From Thermodesulfobacteriota bacterium (lineage in GTDB: Bacteria > Desulfobacterota > Desulfobacteria > Desulfobacterales > C00003060), in assembly GCA_034189385.1 (NCBI GenBank), contig JAXHVD010000015.1:32001-96000 (forward strand): a stretch of DNA of 64,000 nt. Direction: 5' to 3'. Below are positions 1-13,125 of the stretch, piece after piece; the stretch's first letter is position 1; each line of letters starts with the position of its first letter. Below the pieces are notes generated by a model. It did not search any database. It saw only the letters and a list, made by a program, of their open reading frames with translations, and had not been told where the DNA came from. A program made the translations under genes and the position numbers.

Positions 1-33
1 TTCGGCCTAGGGCCCTTCAGGTCACCCCCGTGG

Positions 34-729
34 CTAGGGCACCCGAACTCTCCGCTTTTCAACTTCATCCACTAGGTCTTTGGATGTATAAAGGACCACA
101 AACTTGTCTTCCAGCTCCTTGACCAGGGCTCTCAACTTCTCGTGTGAAAGGGTGCTGCAGCGCATGTAGACATTTCGACGGCCCTGTTCGGCCGTCTCCT
201 TTGTAGACAGAATGCTAATAATGCGTCCCCCAAAAGATCGTATCACATCAGCAGGTTCTTTGATCGACCCCGGGCGATCTTCTAGGCTGAAGGCAAATTG
301 AATCCCCCCGGTGTATACGCCTGCGATGTTGATCAACGCCTTGAAAATGTCTGTCTGCGTAATAATTCCCACTAGGTTGTGCTTGTCATTGATCACAGGG
401 AGTGAAGATATCTTGTTTTCAAGCATCAAGAGGGCGGCAAATTCTACTGTCTCATCAGGCCTAACAAAAACCAGGTTCTTCGTCATAATGTCCCCAATCT
501 TAACAGAAGAAAGGAGATAATTGAGTTCATAAACGTCCAATGTGGTCGCCTTGGACGGCGCAGCATCCTTTAGGTCTCTGTCGCTCACGATACCGATCAC
601 TTTGCCCTTCTGATCAACGACAGGAAGACACCGGATCTTCTTCTCCTTCATAATGATAGACGCCTTCATCATGGAAGTGTCCTCATCTATGGTAATAACA
701 TCAGTCGTCATCCAACCTTTTGCTAACAT
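34..729 (-). CDS. CBS-pair plus ACT domain protein (AcuB-like)
   Basis: Two CBS repeats (LPVVD..GIVSDRDL; LPVIN..GIITQTDI) and a C-terminal ACT-like LEDRPGSI; GGAGG RBS upstream. Confidence 0.85.
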   Translation of the reverse strand: MLAKGWMTTDVITIDEDTSMMKASIIMKEKKIRCLPVVDQKGKVIGIVSDRDLKDAAPSKATTLDVYELNYLLSSVKIGDIMTKNLVFVRPDETVEFAALLMLENKISSLPVINDKHNLVGIITQTDIFKALINIAGVYTGGIQFAFSLEDRPGSIKEPADVIRSFGGRIISILSTKETAEQGRRNVYMRCSTLSHEKLRALVKELEDKFVVLYTSKDLVDEVEKRRVRVP

Positions 730-826
730 GACACCTTACCTCCCTTTTTTGACTTGCCCGAGCTGTCTGGCAGCTGCCCTTCGAGCGCCCCATGGCGGCG
801 CTCCATGAATGGCCTGGCCTTGGGCC

Positions 827-1768
827 TTACACAACCCACACAGCCACATCCCTTCCCTGTAGCACGATCTTGTTGGAAACGCTTCCAAAAAGAAAACGCT
901 TCGTCCTTGAGATCCCGCGACGCCCCAACACAATGGAGCCATAGCCACCTTCCTGAGTCTCCTTTAGGATGGCTCGGGCCGCACCCAGTGTCCCCGTCTC
1001 TAGACGGGTCTTGATAGCAAAGGCAGGGACTCCATTTTCGGTCAAGTACGTCTTGGCCTGGGAAAGCATGTCTTCGGCATCATCAATCAAACGTTGCTCC
1101 ACCATAGACCCGATCTCTGTCAGGCCCGTCCATGTGGAGGCCACCTCCTTTGGGATCACTGGGGCAAGGACATGAAAGATCGTCACCTCCATGGGACCCG
1201 CCTCTTCCAAGAGCCAGGTGGCCTCTTCCAGCACACGTTTAGAATTCGGAGAACCGTCCACTGTCACCAGCATTTTCCGCGCCTCGATCCTACCATGAAC
1301 CACACAAATGGGAAGCCCTTTGGCATGCTGCAGGACCTTGTGCGTGACGCTTCCCATGAAGAATTGCTCCATAGCGCTCATGCCGTGCCGCCCCAACACA
1401 ATGGCATCATAAATGCCCTCTTGTTCCAGTGCCAAGATATGCCTGGCTGTGCCTGAAGACGGCTCCTCTATGAGGGCATGGATCTTTGTCCGGGCCATCC
1501 CCGCCTCTGCCAAGATCTCCTTGGCTTCCTCTAGCACAGAGGCTGCCTTGAGGCGATTTTCATCCCGAAAGTGCTGGGAAAACGCTTGGATTTGTGACAT
1601 CTCCGCAATGCTTTCGCCTGGCTCCAGAAAGAGTAGTGGGATCTCAGGAAGAAGGTGAATGAGATCTATCTTCACCGCGGCGTTCTTCCCAAAGAGGAAA
1701 CCAAGGTACCGCACGGCGTCCATGCTCGCCTGGGACCCGTCTATCCCAACTAAAATGTGTTTGCTCAT
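827..1768 (-). CDS. Tandem universal stress protein (two USP domains)
   Basis: ILVGIDGS and MLVTVDGS starts; two G-x-x-G..F.GSV motifs; start placed at ATG 1768 after GGGAGGG. Confidence 0.88.
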   Translation of the reverse strand: MSKHILVGIDGSQASMDAVRYLGFLFGKNAAVKIDLIHLLPEIPLLFLEPGESIAEMSQIQAFSQHFRDENRLKAASVLEEAKEILAEAGMARTKIHALIEEPSSGTARHILALEQEGIYDAIVLGRHGMSAMEQFFMGSVTHKVLQHAKGLPICVVHGRIEARKMLVTVDGSPNSKRVLEEATWLLEEAGPMEVTIFHVLAPVIPKEVASTWTGLTEIGSMVEQRLIDDAEDMLSQAKTYLTENGVPAFAIKTRLETGTLGAARAILKETQEGGYGSIVLGRRGISRTKRFLFGSVSNKIVLQGRDVAVWVV

Positions 1769-1864
1769 CTTTTCTGTCCCTCCCACAGGGGCTGTCACCC
1801 AAAGGGAAATATCATCGAGCGGTTGTTTGACCTTTTTTGTCAATACATCTTGGCATCTCGCCTC

Positions 1865-3571
1865 TTACCTTGCCTGCCCCTTGATCATCTCCCGGGCGTG
1901 GGCCATGGCCTTTGCCGTAATATCGACGCCTGCCAGCATGCGGGCCATCTCCTTGACCCTTGCCTCTCCCTCTAAAAGGGTGATCGTCGTGCAGGTGCGG
2001 CCCCTGTGAACACCCTTTTGAATCTTGAAATGGTGAGTCCCAAACTGGGCAATCTGGGGCAGGTGCGTAATGCAAAGGACTTGATGAAACTCTGCCAATG
2101 AGGCCAACTTTTTGCCCACCATCTCCGCCACACCGCCCCCAATACCGGCATCCACCTCGTCGAAGATGAGGGTCTCAACAGACTCCTTGGTCGCCAGTAT
2201 CGCCTTTAGAGCCAGGATCATCCTGGAGAGCTCGCCCCCTGAGGCAATCTGGGCAAGGGGCCTGAGATCCTCACCCACATTAGGAGCCATGAGGAATTCA
2301 ATCCGATCCATGCCTGTGGTCTCAATGCCGCCTGTTCCCAAAACAAGATGAGGGTCTGCGTTCTCATCAAAGGGCACGCCCTTGAACCTCACCTCAAAAC
2401 GGGCCTTTGGCATGCCAAGGAAGACCATCTCCTTTTGCACCTTCCCCGTGAAATGGGTAGCTGCCTCTTTTCTTTTCTTAGAAAGCTTCTGGCACTGGCC
2501 TGTCAGTTTGTCATACAACGCTCCCAGTCTAGTCTCTGTTTCGACGATCTCCTCTGGCAGAGAGGAGACACGCCTCAATGCCTCTTTGATCTCCCTGCCC
2601 TGTTTCATGACAGCATCAAGGGACCCTCCATACTTCCGCTTCAACCGCTGCAGGGTGTCCAACCGCGATTCTGTGGCCTCCAGACGCTCGCTGTCAAAGA
2701 CAATGCCCTGTGCGTACTTCTGCAGCTCCTGGGCGACGTCTTCCAGCTCGTAAGATAGAGTATCCACCCTGTCTTTCAGGCTCCCCAAGGCATGGTCAAT
2801 CTTAGATACAACCTCAAGCTCTCTTCCTGTGGAGATCAGCGTTTCAACCAAGGCCCCATTGCTACCATATAGGCGATCCACGCAGCTGCCAACGGTCTCA
2901 TACAACCGCTCGGCATGCTTGAGGCGTTGAAGCTCTTGCTCCACCTCCTGGTCTTCCCCTGGCTTGACGTCCGCCTGCTCTATCTCTTTGTATTGAAATT
3001 CCAGGAGCTCACGGTATTCCGATTGTTCTATTAGCTTCCGCCTGAGGGCGGCCAGCCCCCTAATCAACGGCAGCATCTCCTGGTAACAGTCCCCCACCTC
3101 CCCTCGCAGGGGCATCAATCCTGCCGACTGGTCAAGGACCAGAAGATGGTAATCCGGATTCAGCAGATTCTGGTGGGCATGTTGACCGGCTATGCTAGCA
3201 AGGTGCAAATTGATGCTCGACAGCATCTGTGAAGTGCCCAGTCGTCCATTTATGTATATCCTGTTGCGCCCATTTCTTTGGATCGTGCGACGGACCAAGA
3301 GCCCATCTGACACATCGATTCCCCGTTGCCGCGCCGTTTTTGCTGCCACGCTCTCAGGGGGGACATCAAAGAGGGCCTCCAATTCAGCCGTCTCTTCAGC
3401 GGTTCGGATCAGTTCAGGCGAGGCACGGCCGCCAAGGATCAGGTTCACCGCGTTGATGACAATCGATTTTCCGGCCCCAGTCTCACCAGTAAGCATGGTG
3501 AGCCCTTCTTCGAAGCTAATTGACAGGTCATCTATAATGGCAAAATTTCTTATGGACAATTCTCGGAGCAC
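1865..3571 (-). CDS. recN: DNA repair protein RecN
   Basis: LTGETGAGKS Walker A, ASGGELSR signature, IFDEVDAG, CITHLPQIA; 568 aa. Confidence 0.97.
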   Translation of the reverse strand: MLRELSIRNFAIIDDLSISFEEGLTMLTGETGAGKSIVINAVNLILGGRASPELIRTAEETAELEALFDVPPESVAAKTARQRGIDVSDGLLVRRTIQRNGRNRIYINGRLGTSQMLSSINLHLASIAGQHAHQNLLNPDYHLLVLDQSAGLMPLRGEVGDCYQEMLPLIRGLAALRRKLIEQSEYRELLEFQYKEIEQADVKPGEDQEVEQELQRLKHAERLYETVGSCVDRLYGSNGALVETLISTGRELEVVSKIDHALGSLKDRVDTLSYELEDVAQELQKYAQGIVFDSERLEATESRLDTLQRLKRKYGGSLDAVMKQGREIKEALRRVSSLPEEIVETETRLGALYDKLTGQCQKLSKKRKEAATHFTGKVQKEMVFLGMPKARFEVRFKGVPFDENADPHLVLGTGGIETTGMDRIEFLMAPNVGEDLRPLAQIASGGELSRMILALKAILATKESVETLIFDEVDAGIGGGVAEMVGKKLASLAEFHQVLCITHLPQIAQFGTHHFKIQKGVHRGRTCTTITLLEGEARVKEMARMLAGVDITAKAMAHAREMIKGQAR

Positions 3572-3577
3572 CTGCCT

Positions 3578-4354
3578 TCAATCCCGCAGCTTCCATTGTA
3601 ATGAGTCCATTGTGATGATGGACTCAAAAATCTCATGGAGTGCCTGCATGGAACTGGCGTCATGAGGCAACTCCACGGTGGGCTGTCCTTCCGTGTCGTA
3701 TTGGGAAATCAACCCGTCCTCCGGAACACATCCAGCCAAACTCAATCCAGCAGCTTCCATGGCCCCCCTCACCGCCGGAGGCAGTTCGCCCTTCACGCGG
3801 TTTATGATCACATGGGTTTCCTTAACGTCAAGGTTGAGTTCTTGGCAGAGATCACGAATACGCTGGGCTGCCAGCACCCCTCTTTGAGTTGGATCAGATA
3901 TAATAAACAGGATGTCTGCACGACGGGCCACTAGGCGACTAATATGCTCCATGCCTGCCTCATTGTCCATGATTACAACACGGTAGTTCCTGCAAAGCCT
4001 TTCCACGCAACGCGACAACAGCGTGTTGGCATGGCAATAACATCCTGGCCCTTCGGGGCGACCCATCACCACTAGGTCATATCCCTCCCCCTCCACCAGA
4101 GCCTCGGCGACCTTATATTCCATGTAGACATCCCTGGTCATGCCCGTGGGGACACCGTCCTTGATCCCCTCTCTGGCCTCACCAAGGGTTGTCTCCACAT
4201 CAACTCCCAGAACCTCGTTTAGGTTGGCATTTGCATCGGCATCTACGGCCAAGACGGGCCTGATGCCATGTTCCAAGAAGAGCCTTAGAAAAAGACCTGC
4301 AATGGTCGTCTTGCCGGTTCCCCCCTTGCCGGCCATGGCAAGGATCATGGTCAT
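3578..4354 (-). CDS. cooC: CooC/AcsF-type nickel-insertion ATPase
   Basis: GKGGTGKTT, DADAN, GRPEGPGCYC and DNEAGMEHISR motifs. Confidence 0.88.
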   Translation of the reverse strand: MTMILAMAGKGGTGKTTIAGLFLRLFLEHGIRPVLAVDADANANLNEVLGVDVETTLGEAREGIKDGVPTGMTRDVYMEYKVAEALVEGEGYDLVVMGRPEGPGCYCHANTLLSRCVERLCRNYRVVIMDNEAGMEHISRLVARRADILFIISDPTQRGVLAAQRIRDLCQELNLDVKETHVIINRVKGELPPAVRGAMEAAGLSLAGCVPEDGLISQYDTEGQPTVELPHDASSMQALHEIFESIITMDSLQWKLRD

Positions 4355-6348
4355 AAACCACTCCTCTCGTGACGGATCATCTCACTGCTTGTCTCAAGAT
4401 AGTGGCTTACATGGGGAAAGAGGCGGTCCTCTGTGTGGGGAAGAAAAAGAGCTCCCATATACTTGTCCATAAAGGACTGATTGTCGCTCAACTCGATATT
4501 GGTCATCATTTGTGCGATCCTTTTTACCTCCCGGAGCATCCCTCTGGAGAGGCACACCAGTCGGGCGCCAAGCAGAGAACCATTTCCCAAAAAGTGAAAC
4601 TTCTCAACAGGAATATCCGGAAAAAGCCCGATCACCTTTCCCTTTTCAAGATTGATGTACCTGCCAAAGGCCCCTGCAATGATCACCCGATCCAAGGCAT
4701 CGAATGAAAGGGACAGGCTCTCAAGGAGCGTCAGACATCCGGCAAAGAGTGCCCCTTTGGCCCGGATCAAGTTCTCAATATCCACTTCAGTGATGACAAT
4801 ATCCTCCCCCGTTGCAGAATCCTCGGTCCAGGCCAACACGTATTCCGATCCAAAGTGCCCCTGTCGGATGCGGGTCGAAGAAAGGTCGCCTGCAAACTTG
4901 CCGTTGCGGTCGATGACACAGGCCGAGAGCAATTCCGACAGGACACTGATGAGGCCTGATCCGCATATCCCTCTAGGTTTGGCCCTTCCCACTGTTACCA
5001 CCATGGGCTCCAGTGTCACAGGGTTGATGTGGAATCCTTCAATGGCCCCGAGATCGGCCCGCATACCGTGTTTGATCCCCCCTCCCTCAAAGGCGGGGCC
5101 CATGGAACAGGCAGCACAAGCGAGCCAATCGCGATTGCCCAGAACGATCTCGCCGTTGGTTCCAATGTCTATATACAGCGTCAGTTCCTCTTTCTGAAAA
5201 ACACCGGAGCCCAAGATGCCGGAAACGATGTCTCCTCCCACATAACTGGCCACGGAAGGAAAGGTGTAAAGCTTCACACAATCAGGCAGGTCTATGCCGA
5301 TTTCTGACGCCATCTCCAGAGGCATGGAAGCTGCAGCCGGCACGTAGGGAGCTTCCCTGATGTAGCGCGTTTCCATGCCCAGAAGAAGGTGGGTCATGGT
5401 AGTATTGCCAGCAGCAGCAACATAAGAAATACTCCTTTTGGAATGCCCTGTCCTTTCCAACAATTCATCAATGACCTGATTGATGGAAGATACGACAACA
5501 GACTGCAGTTTCTTCGATCCATTAGGCTTCTGAGCAAACACGATGCGGGTAATGACATCAGCGCCGTACTGAATCTGCCCGTTGTACTCAGCCGTCTCTG
5601 CCAAGGCCTCCCCTGTTCGCAGGTCCATAAGCTGGCCACTTACCGTGGTTGTTCCAATATCCAAGGCCACGGCCAGGTTCTGGTCAGAGGTATTGCCACC
5701 TTCTATCCGGACGAGTCTCCAGGGGCCGTCCTTTTCCGCCCCCGACAAGGGTATGGCGCCTCCCACTGGGTCTGTCACGAGCGTGGCTGTTACAAACCAG
5801 TCATTGGCCCTTAAGATTTTCGGCAAGGTCTTCAAGCATGGTACGTCTGCGGAAATATGGTCGATATGATGCTGCTGTCTCATTCCTATGGAAAACCGCG
5901 TCAGATCGCTTGCGTTGTCTTGCGCTGTAGGCGGATTCAGCCTTAGCGGAACCTTCATGGCCATGGGATCCAGCTTCCATCCTTCGGCCAAGGGGATGGC
6001 ATGAAGAACAGAGATGCTACGCTCTGCCTTGCCCATGTCAAGCTGTTGGACCAGTGGCCGCTTCAGCCCCCTGGACTCCACTGGGATCAGCACCGTACAG
6101 TCTGAAAGGACAGAGGTCTTACAGGCCTGCCGCCACCCTTGCGCATACTTGTCTTCTTCTATCTTCTCCGTCTTTTCGCTTTCCACGTCGCCGGCTTTGA
6201 TGATAACCTGGCACTTGCCGCAGACCCCCTGGCCGCCACAGGTGGCATTGATGTGCACACCAGCCGCAAGGGCTGCCTCCAAAAGGTTGGCCCCTCTGTC
6301 AACCCGGATCGAAACCTGATCTGGTTCAAACGTAATGGTGTGTTTCAT
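4351..6348 (-). CDS. ASKHA-family reductive activator of corrinoid proteins (RACo/AcsV-like) with N-terminal 2Fe-2S domain
   Basis: CGGQGVCGKC 2Fe-2S motif, DIGTTT, DIGTNGE, GPAFEGG and GICGSG. Confidence 0.9.
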   Translation of the reverse strand: MKHTITFEPDQVSIRVDRGANLLEAALAAGVHINATCGGQGVCGKCQVIIKAGDVESEKTEKIEEDKYAQGWRQACKTSVLSDCTVLIPVESRGLKRPLVQQLDMGKAERSISVLHAIPLAEGWKLDPMAMKVPLRLNPPTAQDNASDLTRFSIGMRQQHHIDHISADVPCLKTLPKILRANDWFVTATLVTDPVGGAIPLSGAEKDGPWRLVRIEGGNTSDQNLAVALDIGTTTVSGQLMDLRTGEALAETAEYNGQIQYGADVITRIVFAQKPNGSKKLQSVVVSSINQVIDELLERTGHSKRSISYVAAAGNTTMTHLLLGMETRYIREAPYVPAAASMPLEMASEIGIDLPDCVKLYTFPSVASYVGGDIVSGILGSGVFQKEELTLYIDIGTNGEIVLGNRDWLACAACSMGPAFEGGGIKHGMRADLGAIEGFHINPVTLEPMVVTVGRAKPRGICGSGLISVLSELLSACVIDRNGKFAGDLSSTRIRQGHFGSEYVLAWTEDSATGEDIVITEVDIENLIRAKGALFAGCLTLLESLSLSFDALDRVIIAGAFGRYINLEKGKVIGLFPDIPVEKFHFLGNGSLLGARLVCLSRGMLREVKRIAQMMTNIELSDNQSFMDKYMGALFLPHTEDRLFPHVSHYLETSSEMIRHERSGL

Positions 6349-6352
6349 ATAG

Positions 6353-6388
6353 AAAAAAGGCCGCCAGGGTCACATCCCCTGACGGCCT
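6353..6388 (-). terminator. Rho-independent terminator after the PFOR gene
   Basis: Minus strand GGCCGTCAGGG-GATGTGA-CCCTGGCGGCC followed by TTTTTT. Confidence 0.7.
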
Positions 6389-6448
6389 GTCCTTTGCAAG
6401 GTCTGGCGACCCTTGGCTTTGCGAACAAGAACGGAAATGCTTGCCCTC

Positions 6449-10024
<3,576 letters not shown>

Positions 10025-10139
10025 CTATGTAGACCCACAAAGTCAACCATTTTGGGAAGATTAAAGGGATCTGCCAGGAGGGGAGGCCAAGCCTTTCGTC
10101 GATAAAAAAAGGCGGTCTGACTTCGTAGGTTCTGAGGCC

Positions 10140-11009
10140 TCAGGGGAACAGTTCGCGGGCCTGTTTGCCCAGTTCTCCCAGGCGTTCTACCACGTGAATG
10201 CCCCCATCTTCCATGGCGGCTATCTTCTCTCCGGCTGTTCCACCGCTCCCTGAAATAATGGCCCCTGCATGGCCCATGCGCTTTCCAGGGGGAGCAGTGA
10301 GACCTGCAACAAACCCCAGCACGGGTTTCGTGAAATGATCCTTCACATAGGCCGCTGCCGTCTCCTCATCACTGCCCCCGATCTCCCCGATGAGAACCAC
10401 GCCAGAGGTCTCAGGGTCCTTATCAAAGAGCTTCAAGATATCCACAAAGGAAGAACCGATGATAGGATCACCGCCAATGCCGACACACGTGCTCTGACCA
10501 AGGCCGCTTTGTGTGAGCTGGTGGACCACTTCATAGGTGAGCGTACCGCTCCTTGAGACCACCCCAATGGAGCCCTCTTGGTGGATCTGCCCAGGCATGA
10601 TGCCGGCCTTGCAGCGGCCCGGTGAGATCACCCCAGGACAGTTGGGACCAATAAGGCGGCAGTTGTTCCGTTTCAGAAAGGGGACCACCTTCAACATGTC
10701 TTTGATGGGTATCCCTTCGGTAATGCACACGGCCAACCCAAGACCTGCTGAGGCAGATTCCATGATGGCGTCTGCCGCAAAAGGAGAGGGCACAAAGATA
10801 AGGCTGGCGTTGGCGCCGGTCTCTTCCACGGCGTCGTGGATGGTGTTAAATACCGGAATCCCGTCCATGTCTTGGCCCCCTTTGCCGGGGGTAACCCCTG
10901 CCACCACCTTGCTTCCGTAGGCCACACACTGGCGGGTATGAAAACTCCCTTCCTTTCCTGTTATCCCTTGAACCACCAGGCGCGTGTCTTTATCGATCAG
11001 TATGCTCAT
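10140..11009 (-). CDS. sucD: Succinyl-CoA synthetase alpha subunit
   Basis: [24 protein letters not shown] and the phospho-His motif RMGHAGA. Confidence 0.96.
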   Translation of the reverse strand: MSILIDKDTRLVVQGITGKEGSFHTRQCVAYGSKVVAGVTPGKGGQDMDGIPVFNTIHDAVEETGANASLIFVPSPFAADAIMESASAGLGLAVCITEGIPIKDMLKVVPFLKRNNCRLIGPNCPGVISPGRCKAGIMPGQIHQEGSIGVVSRSGTLTYEVVHQLTQSGLGQSTCVGIGGDPIIGSSFVDILKLFDKDPETSGVVLIGEIGGSDEETAAAYVKDHFTKPVLGFVAGLTAPPGKRMGHAGAIISGSGGTAGEKIAAMEDGGIHVVERLGELGKQARELFP

Positions 11010-11095
11010 CTCTTTTTCCGTTTTCCCTTGTCGGTTCTCCTTTGCTCGTCAGTTGCCATTCTTGATTTGGCTTTTCACCCTTCTCCATTGCGCCA

Positions 11096-12253
11096 CTACA
11101 CGATCCCCCTCACCTGCTCTGCCGCATTTGCCATGCTGTCGGCCACGATAAAATCAAGGTCCGATTGGGCCAGGATCCGGCGCCCCTCCTCCACATTGGT
11201 ACCGTCCAGTCGGACCACCACGGGCACCTGGATGGCGACCTTTTTGGCCGCCTCAACCACCCCGTTGGCCAGTACGTCACACCTCAAGATACCGCCAAAA
11301 ATATTGATCAAAATCCCCCGAACGTTCTTGTCTCCAAGGATAATCTCAAACCCCTTGGTCACCATCTCTGTGGTGGCCCCGCCACCCACGTCCAGGAAAT
11401 TGGCAGGACTGGCCCCTGCCTGCTTGATGAGATCCATGGTCGCCATGGCCAGCCCTGCACCATTGACCATGATCCCCACATCGCCATCCATGCGGATGTA
11501 GTTTAGGCGGTGTTGTGAGGCCTCCACCTCCAACGGGTCTTGCTCGTGCTTGTCTTCCAGGTCCAAGAGGTCCTTGTGGCGATACAACGCATTGTCATCA
11601 AATTCTATCTTGGCATCCAGGGCCAGGAGGCGTCCGTCCTCTGTGACAATGAGCGGATTAATCTCCACCAGCATGCAATCTAAGGCCTCGAAAATTCTAT
11701 AAAGCTGACTGAAAACCCCTGTGCCCGGCCGTATAAAACCGCTATCTATCCCCATGCCGAATAGCAGATTTCGTGCCTGAAAGGCCGGAAACCCCACACC
11801 CACGTCCACCCATTGCCTTACAATCCGTTCAGGGTGCGTTGCAGCCAACTCTTCAATGCCCATGCCGCCCTCAGCGCTGGCGATGAGAACCGGGCATTGC
11901 CTGGCCCGGTCTACGGCTGCTCCGACGTAGAACTCCTGCTTGATGGCAAGGCCCTCTTCCACCAGGACCGCCCTCACCTCTCTTCCCTCAGGACCGGTCT
12001 GGGGTGTGACCAGGGTCATACCGAGCATCTCTTGGGCCGTCTCGGCCACGGCTTCAGGCGACTCCACCACGCGCACGCCGCCCCCTTTGCCGCGGCCTCC
12101 AGCGTGGATCTGGGCCTTCACGACCCAGCGGTGCCCGCCGATCTCATCGGCAATCTTTCTTGCCTCTTCAGGACCACGGGCCACTGCCCCCTGAGGCACA
12201 GGGATTCCATGTTTGGAAAATATTTCTTTTGCCTGGTATTCATGAATCTTCAT
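11096..12253 (-). CDS. sucC: Succinyl-CoA synthetase beta subunit
   Basis: MKIHEYQAK, KAQIHAGGRGKGGG, NGAGLAMATMD and ANFLDVGGGA. Confidence 0.96.
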   Translation of the reverse strand: MKIHEYQAKEIFSKHGIPVPQGAVARGPEEARKIADEIGGHRWVVKAQIHAGGRGKGGGVRVVESPEAVAETAQEMLGMTLVTPQTGPEGREVRAVLVEEGLAIKQEFYVGAAVDRARQCPVLIASAEGGMGIEELAATHPERIVRQWVDVGVGFPAFQARNLLFGMGIDSGFIRPGTGVFSQLYRIFEALDCMLVEINPLIVTEDGRLLALDAKIEFDDNALYRHKDLLDLEDKHEQDPLEVEASQHRLNYIRMDGDVGIMVNGAGLAMATMDLIKQAGASPANFLDVGGGATTEMVTKGFEIILGDKNVRGILINIFGGILRCDVLANGVVEAAKKVAIQVPVVVRLDGTNVEEGRRILAQSDLDFIVADSMANAAEQVRGIV

Positions 12254-12350
12254 ATCCGCCTAACTCCGGTTTTCCCTCTTTCCTGTTTCCGTGGCAGTCT
12301 TTTCCCATGTTCTTGCCCCAGCATCAACACAAAGGCCTCCAATCGGGAGA

Positions 12351-12818
12351 CTACTCGTTCACTGGGCGCTCTATGAGGCTGCCCATGGGTCTTCCGTTGA
12401 TGCGATTAATGGCCGCCCCAAGGGCTTTGAGCACCTCCAGCTTGTCTGACCCTCGCACCTTAAGGCTCTTGTGCTGTCTCAGTTCGAAGAAGTAGAGGTT
12501 TTTCAACCTCCTGATGCCGCCCCGATACCTGCGGATCTTCCACTCTGTATCAACAGGCAAAGTAGTATTCAAAAAGACCGATGAGAAGCCATAGTGAAGC
12601 TCCAACCCCCCAGGGCCTACGGTAACGGCGCTAAACCCCCACAAGGGCCCATTGAAAAACCACATGGCAATCAAGGCCCACAGCACCACCAATATGACAT
12701 GGGTCGATTTCCGTCTCCGGATGGTGTGGATCAGGAGCCCCAGAATGATCGCCCCAATAATCCCCATAATCACATTCTGGACCATCACAGAGCGGATAAA
12801 GAACGTCTCAGGCTCCAT
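12351..12818 (-). CDS. Hypothetical membrane protein (two N-terminal TM segments)
   Basis: GGAG RBS before ATG 12818; two hydrophobic stretches followed by a soluble domain. Confidence 0.7.
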   Translation of the reverse strand: MEPETFFIRSVMVQNVIMGIIGAIILGLLIHTIRRRKSTHVILVVLWALIAMWFFNGPLWGFSAVTVGPGGLELHYGFSSVFLNTTLPVDTEWKIRRYRGGIRRLKNLYFFELRQHKSLKVRGSDKLEVLKALGAAINRINGRPMGSLIERPVNE

Positions 12819-13125
12819 CTCACTCCTACGCCCCCTGAAACAGCCATGGGGACTGGCACCCCCTATCATCCATCAGCCCATGTGTCAAATAAAAACAGGC
12901 TGTTGCTTGGAGGCTTACAGAGGGGCTACATCCTAGGCGAATGAAGGATTCGGTAGCCATGCAACGAGGCTTCTCCTAAAGAAGATGGCAAAAAAAGGAT
13001 TGACCAAGGCCACCCTTTGTGCTAACAGGCCGAGGCACTTTTGATAAAAAAAGGAAGCTGTGTTTCCGGCTACTTCTTCAAGGCGGAGCCACGAATCCAG
13101 GAAAACAAGGGAGGAGGATTTTTTC

